Shown: one piece after another, positions 22,341 to 30,517 of the stretch
Layout of the letters: each line of letters starts with the position of its first letter
Numbering within the stretch: position 1 is the stretch's first letter
NCBI GenBank assembly: GCA_049425265.1
Contig: JBMSXD010000001.1
Location: forward strand, 1-32,726
Direction: 5' to 3'
From: Solirubrobacterales bacterium
GTDB taxonomy: Bacteria > Actinomycetota > Thermoleophilia > Solirubrobacterales > 70-9
Length of the DNA stretch: 32,726 bases
Position numbers and translations under genes: made by a program
The notes under the pieces: model-generated
The model's database searches: none
The model's input: only the letters and a program-made list of their open reading frames with translations
What the model was told of the DNA's origin: nothing

Positions 22341-23215
22341 CAGACCTCCACCCCAGCTTCCTCGCCGTCTCCGGCCGCGACCGCGGCGACCACGGTCTCC
22401 CCGGCGCGCCCTGCCTCATGATGGGAAACCGGTTTGTCGGTGAACTCCCGGACCCGCCCGATCAGGTCGTCTTTGAGCCATTGGGACTCGTCCCCGGGCA
22501 GGGTCGAAATCAGGATGTCATCCACCTGGTAGAACTCGATCGCATTCTTGACCGCGGAGAACGGGTCCGAAGCGAGCGGCTGGCCCGTCGCGTCGACATC
22601 GCTCTCGTAGAGCCTCGCCATCAGTCCCGCCAGCCCCCGGGTGACCGCTGCCTGGGGTACTCCCTCGGTCGATGGGGCGATGATCGTGTACCTGTGGGGG
22701 CTCTCGGCAGCCCTTGCCAGCAGGCGATCAGCAAGATCGGGACTCGAAAGGGTCTGGTTGCCGATCACCAGGGTGTGGGTTACGTCCTGACGGACCGAGT
22801 CGTCCTCGATCCGAACCGGAATGTGGGTCACCGTGGTGCCGGGGGCGAATTCACCCTTGGCCCACTCGACCAGGTCTCGCCTCGCGAAGCCGAACCTCGT
22901 CTCGTACAGGCATGAGAGCAGGACCTCGGACGGTCGATGGCTCCTGACCGCGTCCCCGAGCGCTAGCTCGGGGGCCGGATCGAGAACCTCGCCGACCGCC
23001 TCGATACCGAACTCCTCGAGAACTGCAAGGGTGACCTCGACCCGGCTGCGTGCAGCCTGGGCCGTCTCCTCCGGAGAAGTGATCTGGCCGGCGGTCGGGC
23101 GGTTGGCAGGGGCTACGGCCACCACGTACGAGGCTTCCGGCGCCCGTTCCTGGGCGGCACCCAGGAGTTTCCGGCCACCGGCAACCTCATTCAGGAATAG
23201 GAGCAGGGGCCGCAC
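22340..23215 (-). CDS. Uncharacterised soluble protein made of two tandem alpha/beta (USP/HUP-like) domains, embedded between ctaD and ctaE
   Basis: The internal duplication is visible by eye (aa 3-133 vs 146-265). The GTG start is 3 nt after the ctaD stop, and the TGA overlaps the ctaE ATG (TGATG). High-GC3 codon usage. Confidence 0.7.
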   Translation of the reverse strand: MRPLLLFLNEVAGGRKLLGAAQERAPEASYVVAVAPANRPTAGQITSPEETAQAARSRVEVTLAVLEEFGIEAVGEVLDPAPELALGDAVRSHRPSEVLLSCLYETRFGFARRDLVEWAKGEFAPGTTVTHIPVRIEDDSVRQDVTHTLVIGNQTLSSPDLADRLLARAAESPHRYTIIAPSTEGVPQAAVTRGLAGLMARLYESDVDATGQPLASDPFSAVKNAIEFYQVDDILISTLPGDESQWLKDDLIGRVREFTDKPVSHHEAGRAGETVVAAVAAGDGEEAGVEV

Positions 23216-23218
23216 CGG

Positions 23219-25132
23219 TTACGTGGCGGCAGGTACGGTCGACGGCTTCGGCTCCGGGACGGTCGCCTCCGAGTCCTCGTCGCCCATGATTGCGTGCCTG
23301 GCGCCAGGCGTCCCATACTCGTAGGGACCGCCGACGACCCTCGGGATTTCATCGAAGTTGAAGGTAGGAGGCGGTGAGGAGACGAGCCACTCGATCGTCT
23401 TCGACCTCCAGGGGTTGCCGCTCGCCCTGGGGCCGTACTTCCAGCTGACCACCATGTTGTAGAGGAAGACCAGCTGCGCAAGCCCGAGGATCAGGGAGAA
23501 GAAGCTGATCACAAGGTTCCACTCCCCGAACTGGCTGGCGTAGTCGGCGACCCTCCGGGGCATCCCCTCGAGACCGATCCAGTGCTGTGGAATGAAGGTC
23601 CCCCAGGTGCCGATCATCGTGCCCCAGAAGTGAATCCGGCCGAGCCGTTCGTCGTACATCCGGCCGGTCATCTTCGGGAACCAGTAGTAGATCCCGGCGA
23701 AGATCGTGAACACCGAGCCGCCGAACAGGACGAAGTGGATGTGGGCGACGACGAAGTACGTGTCGGACATGTGGATGTCGAGCGGAACCATCCCGAGCAT
23801 CACGCCACTGATCCCTCCCACCGTGAAGGTCACGATGAACCCGAGGGCGAACAGCATTGCCGTCGAATAGGTGTGGATCTTGCCGTAGAAGAGGGTTCCC
23901 AGCCAGGAGAAGATTTTGATCCCAGTCGGGACCGCGATCAGCAGGGTCGTAATCATGATCGGGACCCGCAGCCAGGAGAACATCCCGGCCACGAACATGT
24001 GGTGGGCCCAGACCGAGTAGGAGAGGACGACGATCCCGAGCAGGGCGAGGGCCATCAACCGGTAGCCGAAGATCGGTTTCCGGGCGTTGGTCGCGATTAC
24101 CTCAGAGATGATCCCGAAGCCGGGCAACATCATGATGTAGACCGCCGGGTGTGAGTAGAACCAGAAGATGTGCTGGTAGCTGAGGACGTCACCGCCTTCG
24201 AGGAAGTTGAAGAAGTTCATCCCCATGATCCGGTCGAAGAGGACCATGAACTGGACCCCCGCGATGAACGGGGTGGCCCCGACCACGATCAGCGAAGTCG
24301 AGAGGTTCGCCCAGACGAGCAGGGGCATACGCCACAGGTTCATCCCGGGCGCACGCATGGTGATGATCGTGACCAGGAAGTTGAGCGCGGTCGCGATCGA
24401 GGACGCCCCGGCGAACTGGACACCTACATTGAAGAAGCTCTGCCCCAGCGGTGCCCCGGTCGATAACGGTGCATAGCCGGTCCAGCCTGCATCGAACGAG
24501 CCACCCGGCGCCAGGAAGCTGCCCATGAAGATCAGCCCGGCGATCGGCAGCAACCAGAAGCTGAGGGCGTTCAACCTCGGGAAGGCCATGTCGGGCGCCC
24601 CGATCATGATCGGCAGCACGTAGTTGGCGATCCCGGCGAACATCGGGATGATGAACAGGAAGATCATCACCGTCGCGTGGGTCGAGAACAGTCCGTTGTA
24701 GACGTTCGGGTCGACGATCTGGGTCCCGGGCTGGGCCAGCTCGGCCCGGATCAGCATCGCCAGAAGTCCACCGACGAAAAAGAAGAAGAAGGTGGTGACG
24801 ATGTACTGAATGCCGATGACCTTGTGGTCGGTGTTGAAGGTGAAGTAGTCCTGCCATCGGGTGGCACCGTGGCCGGAATGGTCATCGGGAACGGTCGGCT
24901 TGCCCGCTGCCCAGCGGAACCAGTAGGAGAAGGCTCCGAAGCCGATCAGGAAACCGAAGGGCGCAGTGATCAGCGGGACCACGACCTGTGGGTACCCGGT
25001 CTGCTCGGTCTGGAAGGCGTCGAGTCCGGAAACGAGCCTGAGAATTACGACCAGGCCGAAGCCGAATGCGGCCCCGATCAAGGCCCCGAGGGCTCCCCGA
25101 TACCAGCCGGGCTCTCTCAAAGCATGTGCCAT
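23219..25132 (-). CDS. ctaD: Cytochrome c oxidase subunit I, A2-type, with an extra N-terminal 2-TM extension
   Basis: All six ligand His are present ('FSTHATV', 'YSHPAVY', 'WAHHMF', 'VAHIHF'), together with 'GMPRR' and 'PTGIKIFSW'. Confidence 0.95.
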   Translation of the reverse strand: MAHALREPGWYRGALGALIGAAFGFGLVVILRLVSGLDAFQTEQTGYPQVVVPLITAPFGFLIGFGAFSYWFRWAAGKPTVPDDHSGHGATRWQDYFTFNTDHKVIGIQYIVTTFFFFFVGGLLAMLIRAELAQPGTQIVDPNVYNGLFSTHATVMIFLFIIPMFAGIANYVLPIMIGAPDMAFPRLNALSFWLLPIAGLIFMGSFLAPGGSFDAGWTGYAPLSTGAPLGQSFFNVGVQFAGASSIATALNFLVTIITMRAPGMNLWRMPLLVWANLSTSLIVVGATPFIAGVQFMVLFDRIMGMNFFNFLEGGDVLSYQHIFWFYSHPAVYIMMLPGFGIISEVIATNARKPIFGYRLMALALLGIVVLSYSVWAHHMFVAGMFSWLRVPIMITTLLIAVPTGIKIFSWLGTLFYGKIHTYSTAMLFALGFIVTFTVGGISGVMLGMVPLDIHMSDTYFVVAHIHFVLFGGSVFTIFAGIYYWFPKMTGRMYDERLGRIHFWGTMIGTWGTFIPQHWIGLEGMPRRVADYASQFGEWNLVISFFSLILGLAQLVFLYNMVVSWKYGPRASGNPWRSKTIEWLVSSPPPTFNFDEIPRVVGGPYEYGTPGARHAIMGDEDSEATVPEPKPSTVPAAT

Positions 25133-25145
25133 CAGCTCGCTCCAA

Positions 25146-25985
25146 TCATGACTGAGTCACGTTGTCCCGCGTCGTCTCCTCGACACCGCTGCCACCGATC
25201 CCGCCTTCCGCCTTTTGAATCTGTCTCTGGATCTCGAGCGCCTGGTCGGCCGTCAGGATGAGGCCCGTCGGCACCTTTTCGTCCAGTTCCTTTACCCAGC
25301 GGTTGAATTTCTTCACCGGCTCGACCACCACCTTGGCCCGCATAACCGAATGGCCAGCCCCGCAGAGCTCGGTACAGATCAGCTGGAAGGTACCGACCCG
25401 GTCCGGCGTGATGACCGCGTCCGTTGTGATCCCGGGCACGTTGTCCTTCTTGATCCGCCACTCGGGAACCCAGAACGAATGGAGCACGTCCTGGGCGTGC
25501 ATGTTGAAGACGACCTGCCGTCCCACCGGAACGTGGAACTCGCCCTCCGACCACTTGTTGCCCTCGGTGGGGTACCCGAAAGTCCAGGCGAACTGCTGGG
25601 AGTAGACGTTGACGATCAGTGGGTCGGAGTCGACCTCCTCGATGTCATCGAGGACGGCCCAGCTGTACCCGGCCGCGAACAGGACGATGATCGTCGGGAT
25701 GATCGTCCAGATGAGCTCGAGCTTCGTATTGCCGTGGATCGGCAGGCCATCGCTCTCGTCGCCAGGCTTGACCCTCCAGCGGTAGAGGGCGTAGCCCAGG
25801 AAGACGCAGACGATCGCGAAGACGAAGGAGGAGATGATGATCATCCAGTCGAGCAGCGTGTCGATCGGGCCGGCCGCAGTGGACCCGGCCTCGCCGTTCC
25901 AGTCGATCTGGACCATCAGCACCGCGATGACGGCACCGATCGCGAGGGAGACGATCGCAAGTCTGAGGTAAGGGACCTTTGGCAT
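25146..25985 (-). CDS. ctaC: Cytochrome c oxidase subunit II (CuA-containing, no fused cytochrome c domain)
   Basis: Two N-terminal TM helices plus a cupredoxin domain with a full CuA site ('DVLHSFWVP' ... 'CTELCGAGHSVM'). There is no CxxCH motif. Confidence 0.93.
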   Translation of the reverse strand: MPKVPYLRLAIVSLAIGAVIAVLMVQIDWNGEAGSTAAGPIDTLLDWMIIISSFVFAIVCVFLGYALYRWRVKPGDESDGLPIHGNTKLELIWTIIPTIIVLFAAGYSWAVLDDIEEVDSDPLIVNVYSQQFAWTFGYPTEGNKWSEGEFHVPVGRQVVFNMHAQDVLHSFWVPEWRIKKDNVPGITTDAVITPDRVGTFQLICTELCGAGHSVMRAKVVVEPVKKFNRWVKELDEKVPTGLILTADQALEIQRQIQKAEGGIGGSGVEETTRDNVTQS

Positions 25986-25997
25986 CAGACCTCCCGG

Positions 25998-26003
25998 ATT
26001 CTA
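25998..26003 (-). promoter_or_regulatory. TAGAAT (-10-like hexamer) 12 nt upstream of the ctaC ATG
   Basis: The minus strand reads 'ctcGGGTAGAATCCGGGAGGtctgATG' inside the 44-bp gap between the glycosyltransferase stop and the ctaC start. Confidence 0.3.
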
Positions 26004-26029
26004 CCCGAGAGCCCCCCCGGACGACCGCC

Positions 26030-27585
26030 TCACGGACCGGACGGCGGAAGCGGCCGGATCTCGCCGGCCGATGCCCGGATCACGTCCCGGGCCACCCCTT
26101 CCCAGCTCCAGTGGTGATCGGCCGAGGCGGCCAGGGCGAGTTCGAGCGCCGTGCGCTGTTCGCCGGAGGTCTCGAGCCACCGATCGAGCCGGGATGCGAT
26201 CTCGGGAACCGCATCCGGTCCGAGGTCGAAGGAGAGGAAGGGGGCGGCGGCGGGCACGTCTTTCGAGAGGGTCGCGGTGACCTCCTCGAGTCCGGAATGC
26301 CTTGCGCAGACGGGCAGCACCCCGGAGGCGGCAGCCTCGGCCGCGACCATTCCGAACGCCTCGGGGAAGGTGCTCGGTACGACCATCGAATCGGTCGACG
26401 GGACGAGTTCGGCGACCTCGTCGTGTTCGAGGCGCCCGGTGAACAGGATCGCCCCTGCCGATGATCGGGCCGAGGCCCGGTAGTCGGCCGGCGGCGCGGG
26501 CAGGCAGGCGGAGCGGCCAGGAAGTCGTCGAGCATCCCGAGCCTGCCGGCCGTGCCCCCTTCCAATCCCCGGCCCTCTGCGGCAATCGCCCGAGCGCCGG
26601 CGAGATCTCCCTCGGAGAGTCTTTCCACCAGGGCTTCGAGACCATCGGCGAACTCCCCGAACCCGGCGAACAGGAGGGTCGCCCCCGGGTGGTTACCGCG
26701 AACCATCGGCCAGGCCGCGGCCAGCAGGTCGGCCCCCTTGGAGACGATCAGCTTGCCGACAAAGACGACTCGGGGACCCTCCGAGTCGGCGAAGACCCGA
26801 ATTGCAGCCGAGGCCCTCGGGCGATCACGGCCTAGGCCGGAGCCACCGTTCCCGTCGGCGATCCGGTCGGCGAGCCCGGCGAGCAGGTCCCCGGCCTGCG
26901 AACGATCGATCGGGTGGAATCGCCGGGCATCCACACCGGGAGGCCCGAGGCCGGTCTTCTCCTCGAGGCCGATTCCCGGAATCGTCTGCCAGAGGCTTTC
27001 GGCCGTGTGGCGGGAGCCGACCAGGATCGCCGAGGCGCGGTCTAGGCCTTCCCGCGCCCAGGGGATGAAGCGCGGATTCGGCCGGATCGTGTATTCGAGG
27101 TCGGAACCGTGGTTCTTCACGGCGAACGAGGTGATCCCGGCCCGGGCCAGGATCGCCGGTCCCATTACCAGGTGGTTGGCGAGTGCTGCATCCGGCTCCC
27201 CCACCCGTTCGACTACTTCGCCCACCGCGCGGACGTTGGCCTCGACGTAGGCCTCGATCTCCCGATCCTCGAGCGACGGGAATGCCCTGGCATCGAACCC
27301 CTCATAGCGATCCTCTACGTAGACGGGAAGCAGCGTCCCGATCGGGGGCCGGTAGACCGTTACAGACCCCGGTCCGTCGCCTCCTCCCGAGGTCGTCACT
27401 GTCAGCTCACCGGCCTCCCAGTCGCCGACTGCATCGACCCAGTCGAAGCCGGCCGCATCGCGATCCTGGCAGAAGAGGTGGACTTCGTGGCCCAATCCGG
27501 CAAGGGCTCGGGCCAGGTTGGCGTTGTAGATGTTGCTCCCGGTGCCGCGCAGCAGGTAGCCGTGGAAGACCAGGATCCTCATCAC
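26030..27585 (-). pseudogene. GT4-family (GT-B) glycosyltransferase interrupted by a single frameshift
   Basis: The N-terminal frame (from 27585) is a good GT-B N-domain ('MRILVFHGYLLRGTGSNIYNANLARALAGLGHEVHLF') up to '...GRLGMLDDFL'. It then degenerates into Pro/Arg-rich nonsense. The true continuation, 'PPADYRASARSSAGAILFTGRLEHDEVAELVPSTDSMVVPSTFPEAFGMVAAEAAASGVLPV', lies in another frame that ends at 26030. The total span is 1556 nt, which is not a multiple of 3. Confidence 0.75.
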
Positions 27586-27609
27586 TCTCTATTCTCCCCA
27601 ACCGAACCG

Positions 27610-27873
27610 ATGGGAAGCATCACCAACGGACAGCTATGCCGATTGAGGGCCCCCGCATCCGGGCGGGAGTCGCTCGCCATCGTCGAGGGCGACACCGTCT
27701 ACCGGGATGAGCAGACCGGGGAGGAACTGGATCCGGTGGCCGTCGTGTTGCCCCTTGCCCCGACTGCCTCCCGGCTGCCACGGGCTCCCCTGAACCTCAG
27801 GATCTGCAGGCGCTGTCGCCAGTTGACTGCGCGGGACCTGGCCGAGTGCCAGTTCTGCGGGCTCGTCTCCTAG
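27610..27873 (+). CDS. Small zinc-ribbon-like protein (87 aa), hypothetical
   Basis: ATG 27610 has no Shine-Dalgarno sequence and lies about 25 nt from the divergent GT start. The C-terminal 'CRRCRQLTARDLAECQFCG' is a CxxC-N11-CxxC motif. Codon usage is compatible with coding. Confidence 0.4.
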   Translation: MGSITNGQLCRLRAPASGRESLAIVEGDTVYRDEQTGEELDPVAVVLPLAPTASRLPRAPLNLRICRRCRQLTARDLAECQFCGLVS

Positions 27874-27906
27874 AGCCGCTGCAGCCGGGGCGAAGTTCGA
27901 AGGGAA

Positions 27907-28779
27907 TTAGTTCCTGCCGACGATGGTCGCCGTGTAGAGCAACGCATTCGAGCCGTAGTAACAGGCGTACTTCCGAACGGAGTTCTCCTTGCGCTGCGGA
28001 CGGGAGCTCTCCAGGGCCGCATTCGGCTGGCCCGTGTCCGGATCGACTCCCAGGCGGCACTTGCCCGGGGCCCGGCTGGCCCTCCAGGTGTAGTTGGCCT
28101 CTGCCTCGGCGCAGGTTGCCGGATCGAGCACGCCGGAGATCGAGTTGAAGTTGCAGGCCCGGGGCTTCCAGAGGGCCGGGGCCCAGGTCGGGATCGTCAG
28201 GCCGATCATCTGCCCGGCGACCACGTTGAGCGGCTCGTCGAGGGCGAAGTGGACCCTGCTGCCGAAGTAGGGGTTGAGCGTCTCGACCGGGCTCTGGCGA
28301 ACCATCCGCCACTGCGGGGGTCCGGACTTCTTCTTCTCCCGCTTGAGTACCGAGATTCCGGCCTGGGAGGGTGAGCCGAACAGTTCGTTGAAGAAAGGCG
28401 CCTGGGCCGGGCGGACCGTGCCGGCATCGTCGATCTCCCGCTTGGTCGGCCTGGAGAGGTAGATCGACCAGGCGACGATCTTGCCCGTCCACGGAACGGC
28501 GAAGGGGAGGCTTCGGGAGGAGTCGGAGCGCTTCACCTGGTAGGCGGTCACCTTCCCCTCGACCACGCAGTCACGGCTGAAGTCGGTCCCGCAGTTCGGC
28601 TCGAGGTCCTCCCGGCCGGTGCCGAGGGTGATCCGGCGCTCGGACTTGGCACCTGCATCGGTCGGCATGGTCGAAGCGAAGTGGAGTCCGATCACCCCGA
28701 AGACGATTCCGAGCGCGATCAGGAGTCGGACGGCCGCCCCGTGGGATGACTTGGCGCTTGTCTGGCTGCTTAGAGGCAT
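27907..28779 (-). CDS. Hypothetical secreted or membrane-anchored protein with 6 Cys, unknown family
   Basis: I set the start at ATG 28777-28779 ('MPLSSQTSAKSSHGAAVRLLIALGIVFGVIG'), preceded by AGGAGA. The longer ORF would overlap infA. It has an N-terminal signal-anchor helix and I recognised no family motifs. Confidence 0.65.
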   Translation of the reverse strand: MPLSSQTSAKSSHGAAVRLLIALGIVFGVIGLHFASTMPTDAGAKSERRITLGTGREDLEPNCGTDFSRDCVVEGKVTAYQVKRSDSSRSLPFAVPWTGKIVAWSIYLSRPTKREIDDAGTVRPAQAPFFNELFGSPSQAGISVLKREKKKSGPPQWRMVRQSPVETLNPYFGSRVHFALDEPLNVVAGQMIGLTIPTWAPALWKPRACNFNSISGVLDPATCAEAEANYTWRASRAPGKCRLGVDPDTGQPNAALESSRPQRKENSVRKYACYYGSNALLYTATIVGRN

Positions 28780-28828
28780 GTTCTCCTGAGGTAACACCTG
28801 ATCCCCGGCCGGGTTGCTGGCAGCGGGA

Positions 28829-29047
28829 CTACTTGTAGCGGTAGGTGATCCGTCCCCTGGTGAGGTCATAGGGCGAAAGCTCGATCTTCACCCGGTCGCC
28901 GGGGAGGATCCGGATGTAGTGGCGGCGCATCTTTCCCGAGATGTGGCCGAGTACCTCGTGGTCGTTATCGAGGCGCACCCTGAACATGGTGTTCGGCAGG
29001 GCCTCGGTGATCTCGCCCTCCATCTCGATTTTTTCTTCTTTGCCCAT
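28829..29047 (-). CDS. infA: Translation initiation factor IF-1
   Basis: 72 aa; '[66 protein letters not shown]' is near-canonical IF-1. Confidence 0.96.
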   Translation of the reverse strand: MGKEEKIEMEGEITEALPNTMFRVRLDNDHEVLGHISGKMRRHYIRILPGDRVKIELSPYDLTRGRITYRYK

Positions 29048-29065
29048 CTCGTTCGAGGCTACTAC

Positions 29066-30517
29066 TCACCCGTCCTGGACTATCTCCCTGGCGAGGGCCA
29101 CAGCATCGCTTGCAGATTCGACCTCGCCGGTCCAGACCGCGCCCTCCAGGCGCTCGATCAGCTGTCCCAGTTCCGGTCCTTCCTCGATACCGATCTCCCG
29201 GGCGAGTTGATCACCGCTGATCGGCAAGCGGGGAGGTCCGTTCTCCCGCCAGGTGAGTCCCTCGGCGACCATCCGCGATGCGAGTTCGAGGTGGGCCTCG
29301 ACCATCTCGGTGCTCGCAACCGGACCGGTGCCGCGGGCCGCCAGCCTGTCGGCGACCGTCAACAGGGTGACGTCGACCGAGACCGGCGAGGTCTCCTTCA
29401 GGTACCGGTAGATCTGGTCCGGAGTCGGGGGTTCACCGGCCGCCATGAATCCGAGGATCAGGTGGTGACGGGTCAGGTCGGCTACATGACCGGCGAGTCG
29501 CCGGGATCCCCTCAGGCGAGCGAACATCTCGGTGACCTTCGAGGCCCCGACCTCGTCATGCCCGCGAAAGCCCACGAAGCCGTCCCGCTCTGTCCTCGTC
29601 TCCGGTTTCGCACAGTCGTGGAAGAGGGCCCCCAACCGAAGGCCGACCGCCCGGTCGATCCCGTCGGCGAGTGGCTCCGACAGGAGTTCCGAGGTCCGGG
29701 CTGCGGAATCGCCGACGAACCGGTCGAGCTCGGTCTCGATCCGCAAGACGCCCTCCAGCACCTCGATCGTGTGTCCGTACACGTCGAGGTGGTGGTTCGG
29801 ACCCTGGATCACCCCCTTCAGCCCGGCGAGTTCAGGCAGCACGGCCGCCATGGCTCCCACCCGGTCCAGGGCATCGACACCACGGAGCGGATCGCGGGAT
29901 CCGACCAGCAGGAGGAATTCCGAGAGGACCCTCTCGCCCGCGACGGAGTCGAGCTGGGGGGCTGCGGCCCGGGCGAGGCCGAGGGTTTCCGGGTCGATCT
30001 CCCAGCCGAACTGCGAGGAGAGACGGGCTGCCCTCATCACCCGCAGCGGATCGTCGGTCAGGGCTCGGTCCGACACCGCCCTCAGCACCCCGTCCTGGAT
30101 ATCGCCGAGACCCCCCAGGGGGTCGACCAGGGAACCACCTCCGATCGGGACTGCGATCGACCCAACGGTGAAGTCCCGGTGCTCCAGGTCGGCCTCGATG
30201 GTCGAACCCCTCAGGGCGGTCACGTCTACCTGCCAGTCGAGGGAACGACCTTGGGCACGCCAGGTGTCGAACTCGTCCGAGAGCTCGAAGGCGATGCCGT
30301 CAAGATGTCCGGCGATTGCCCGAGTGAGCATCTCGGGATCACCGGATACCACCAGGTCGACGTCGGTTACTTCATGTCCGAGAAGTGCGTCCCTCACCGC
30401 CCCTCCGACGATCCAGGCGCCGCTTCCGTCGTCCCCGGCAGCCTCGACCGCCTCCTGCAGCCGGGCCACCGCGCCTGCGGAGAGCAGCCTCTCGACCGCG
30501 TCGTCCGCCGCCATCAC
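29066..30517 (-). CDS. cca: CCA tRNA nucleotidyltransferase (poly(A) polymerase head domain + HD domain)
   Basis: 'WIVGGAVRDALLGHEVTDVDLVV' (nucleotidyltransferase GG..RD...D.D motif), 'RVMRAARL' and the HD motif 'LFHDCAKP'. The GTG start overlaps the alr stop. Confidence 0.85.
   Translation of the reverse strand: MMAADDAVERLLSAGAVARLQEAVEAAGDDGSGAWIVGGAVRDALLGHEVTDVDLVVSGDPEMLTRAIAGHLDGIAFELSDEFDTWRAQGRSLDWQVDVTALRGSTIEADLEHRDFTVGSIAVPIGGGSLVDPLGGLGDIQDGVLRAVSDRALTDDPLRVMRAARLSSQFGWEIDPETLGLARAAAPQLDSVAGERVLSEFLLLVGSRDPLRGVDALDRVGAMAAVLPELAGLKGVIQGPNHHLDVYGHTIEVLEGVLRIETELDRFVGDSAARTSELLSEPLADGIDRAVGLRLGALFHDCAKPETRTERDGFVGFRGHDEVGASKVTEMFARLRGSRRLAGHVADLTRHHLILGFMAAGEPPTPDQIYRYLKETSPVSVDVTLLTVADRLAARGTGPVASTEMVEAHLELASRMVAEGLTWRENGPPRLPISGDQLAREIGIEEGPELGQLIERLEGAVWTGEVESASDAVALAREIVQDG

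Noticed and set aside
26080-26520. The C-terminal ~140 aa of the 501-aa track ORF 26080-27585, and the 214-aa ORF 26001-26645.
   Set aside because: Both are Pro/Arg-rich nonsense. The genuine GT4 C-domain is in the third frame (ending at 26030), so the 501-aa product is a frameshift artefact rather than a real protein end.
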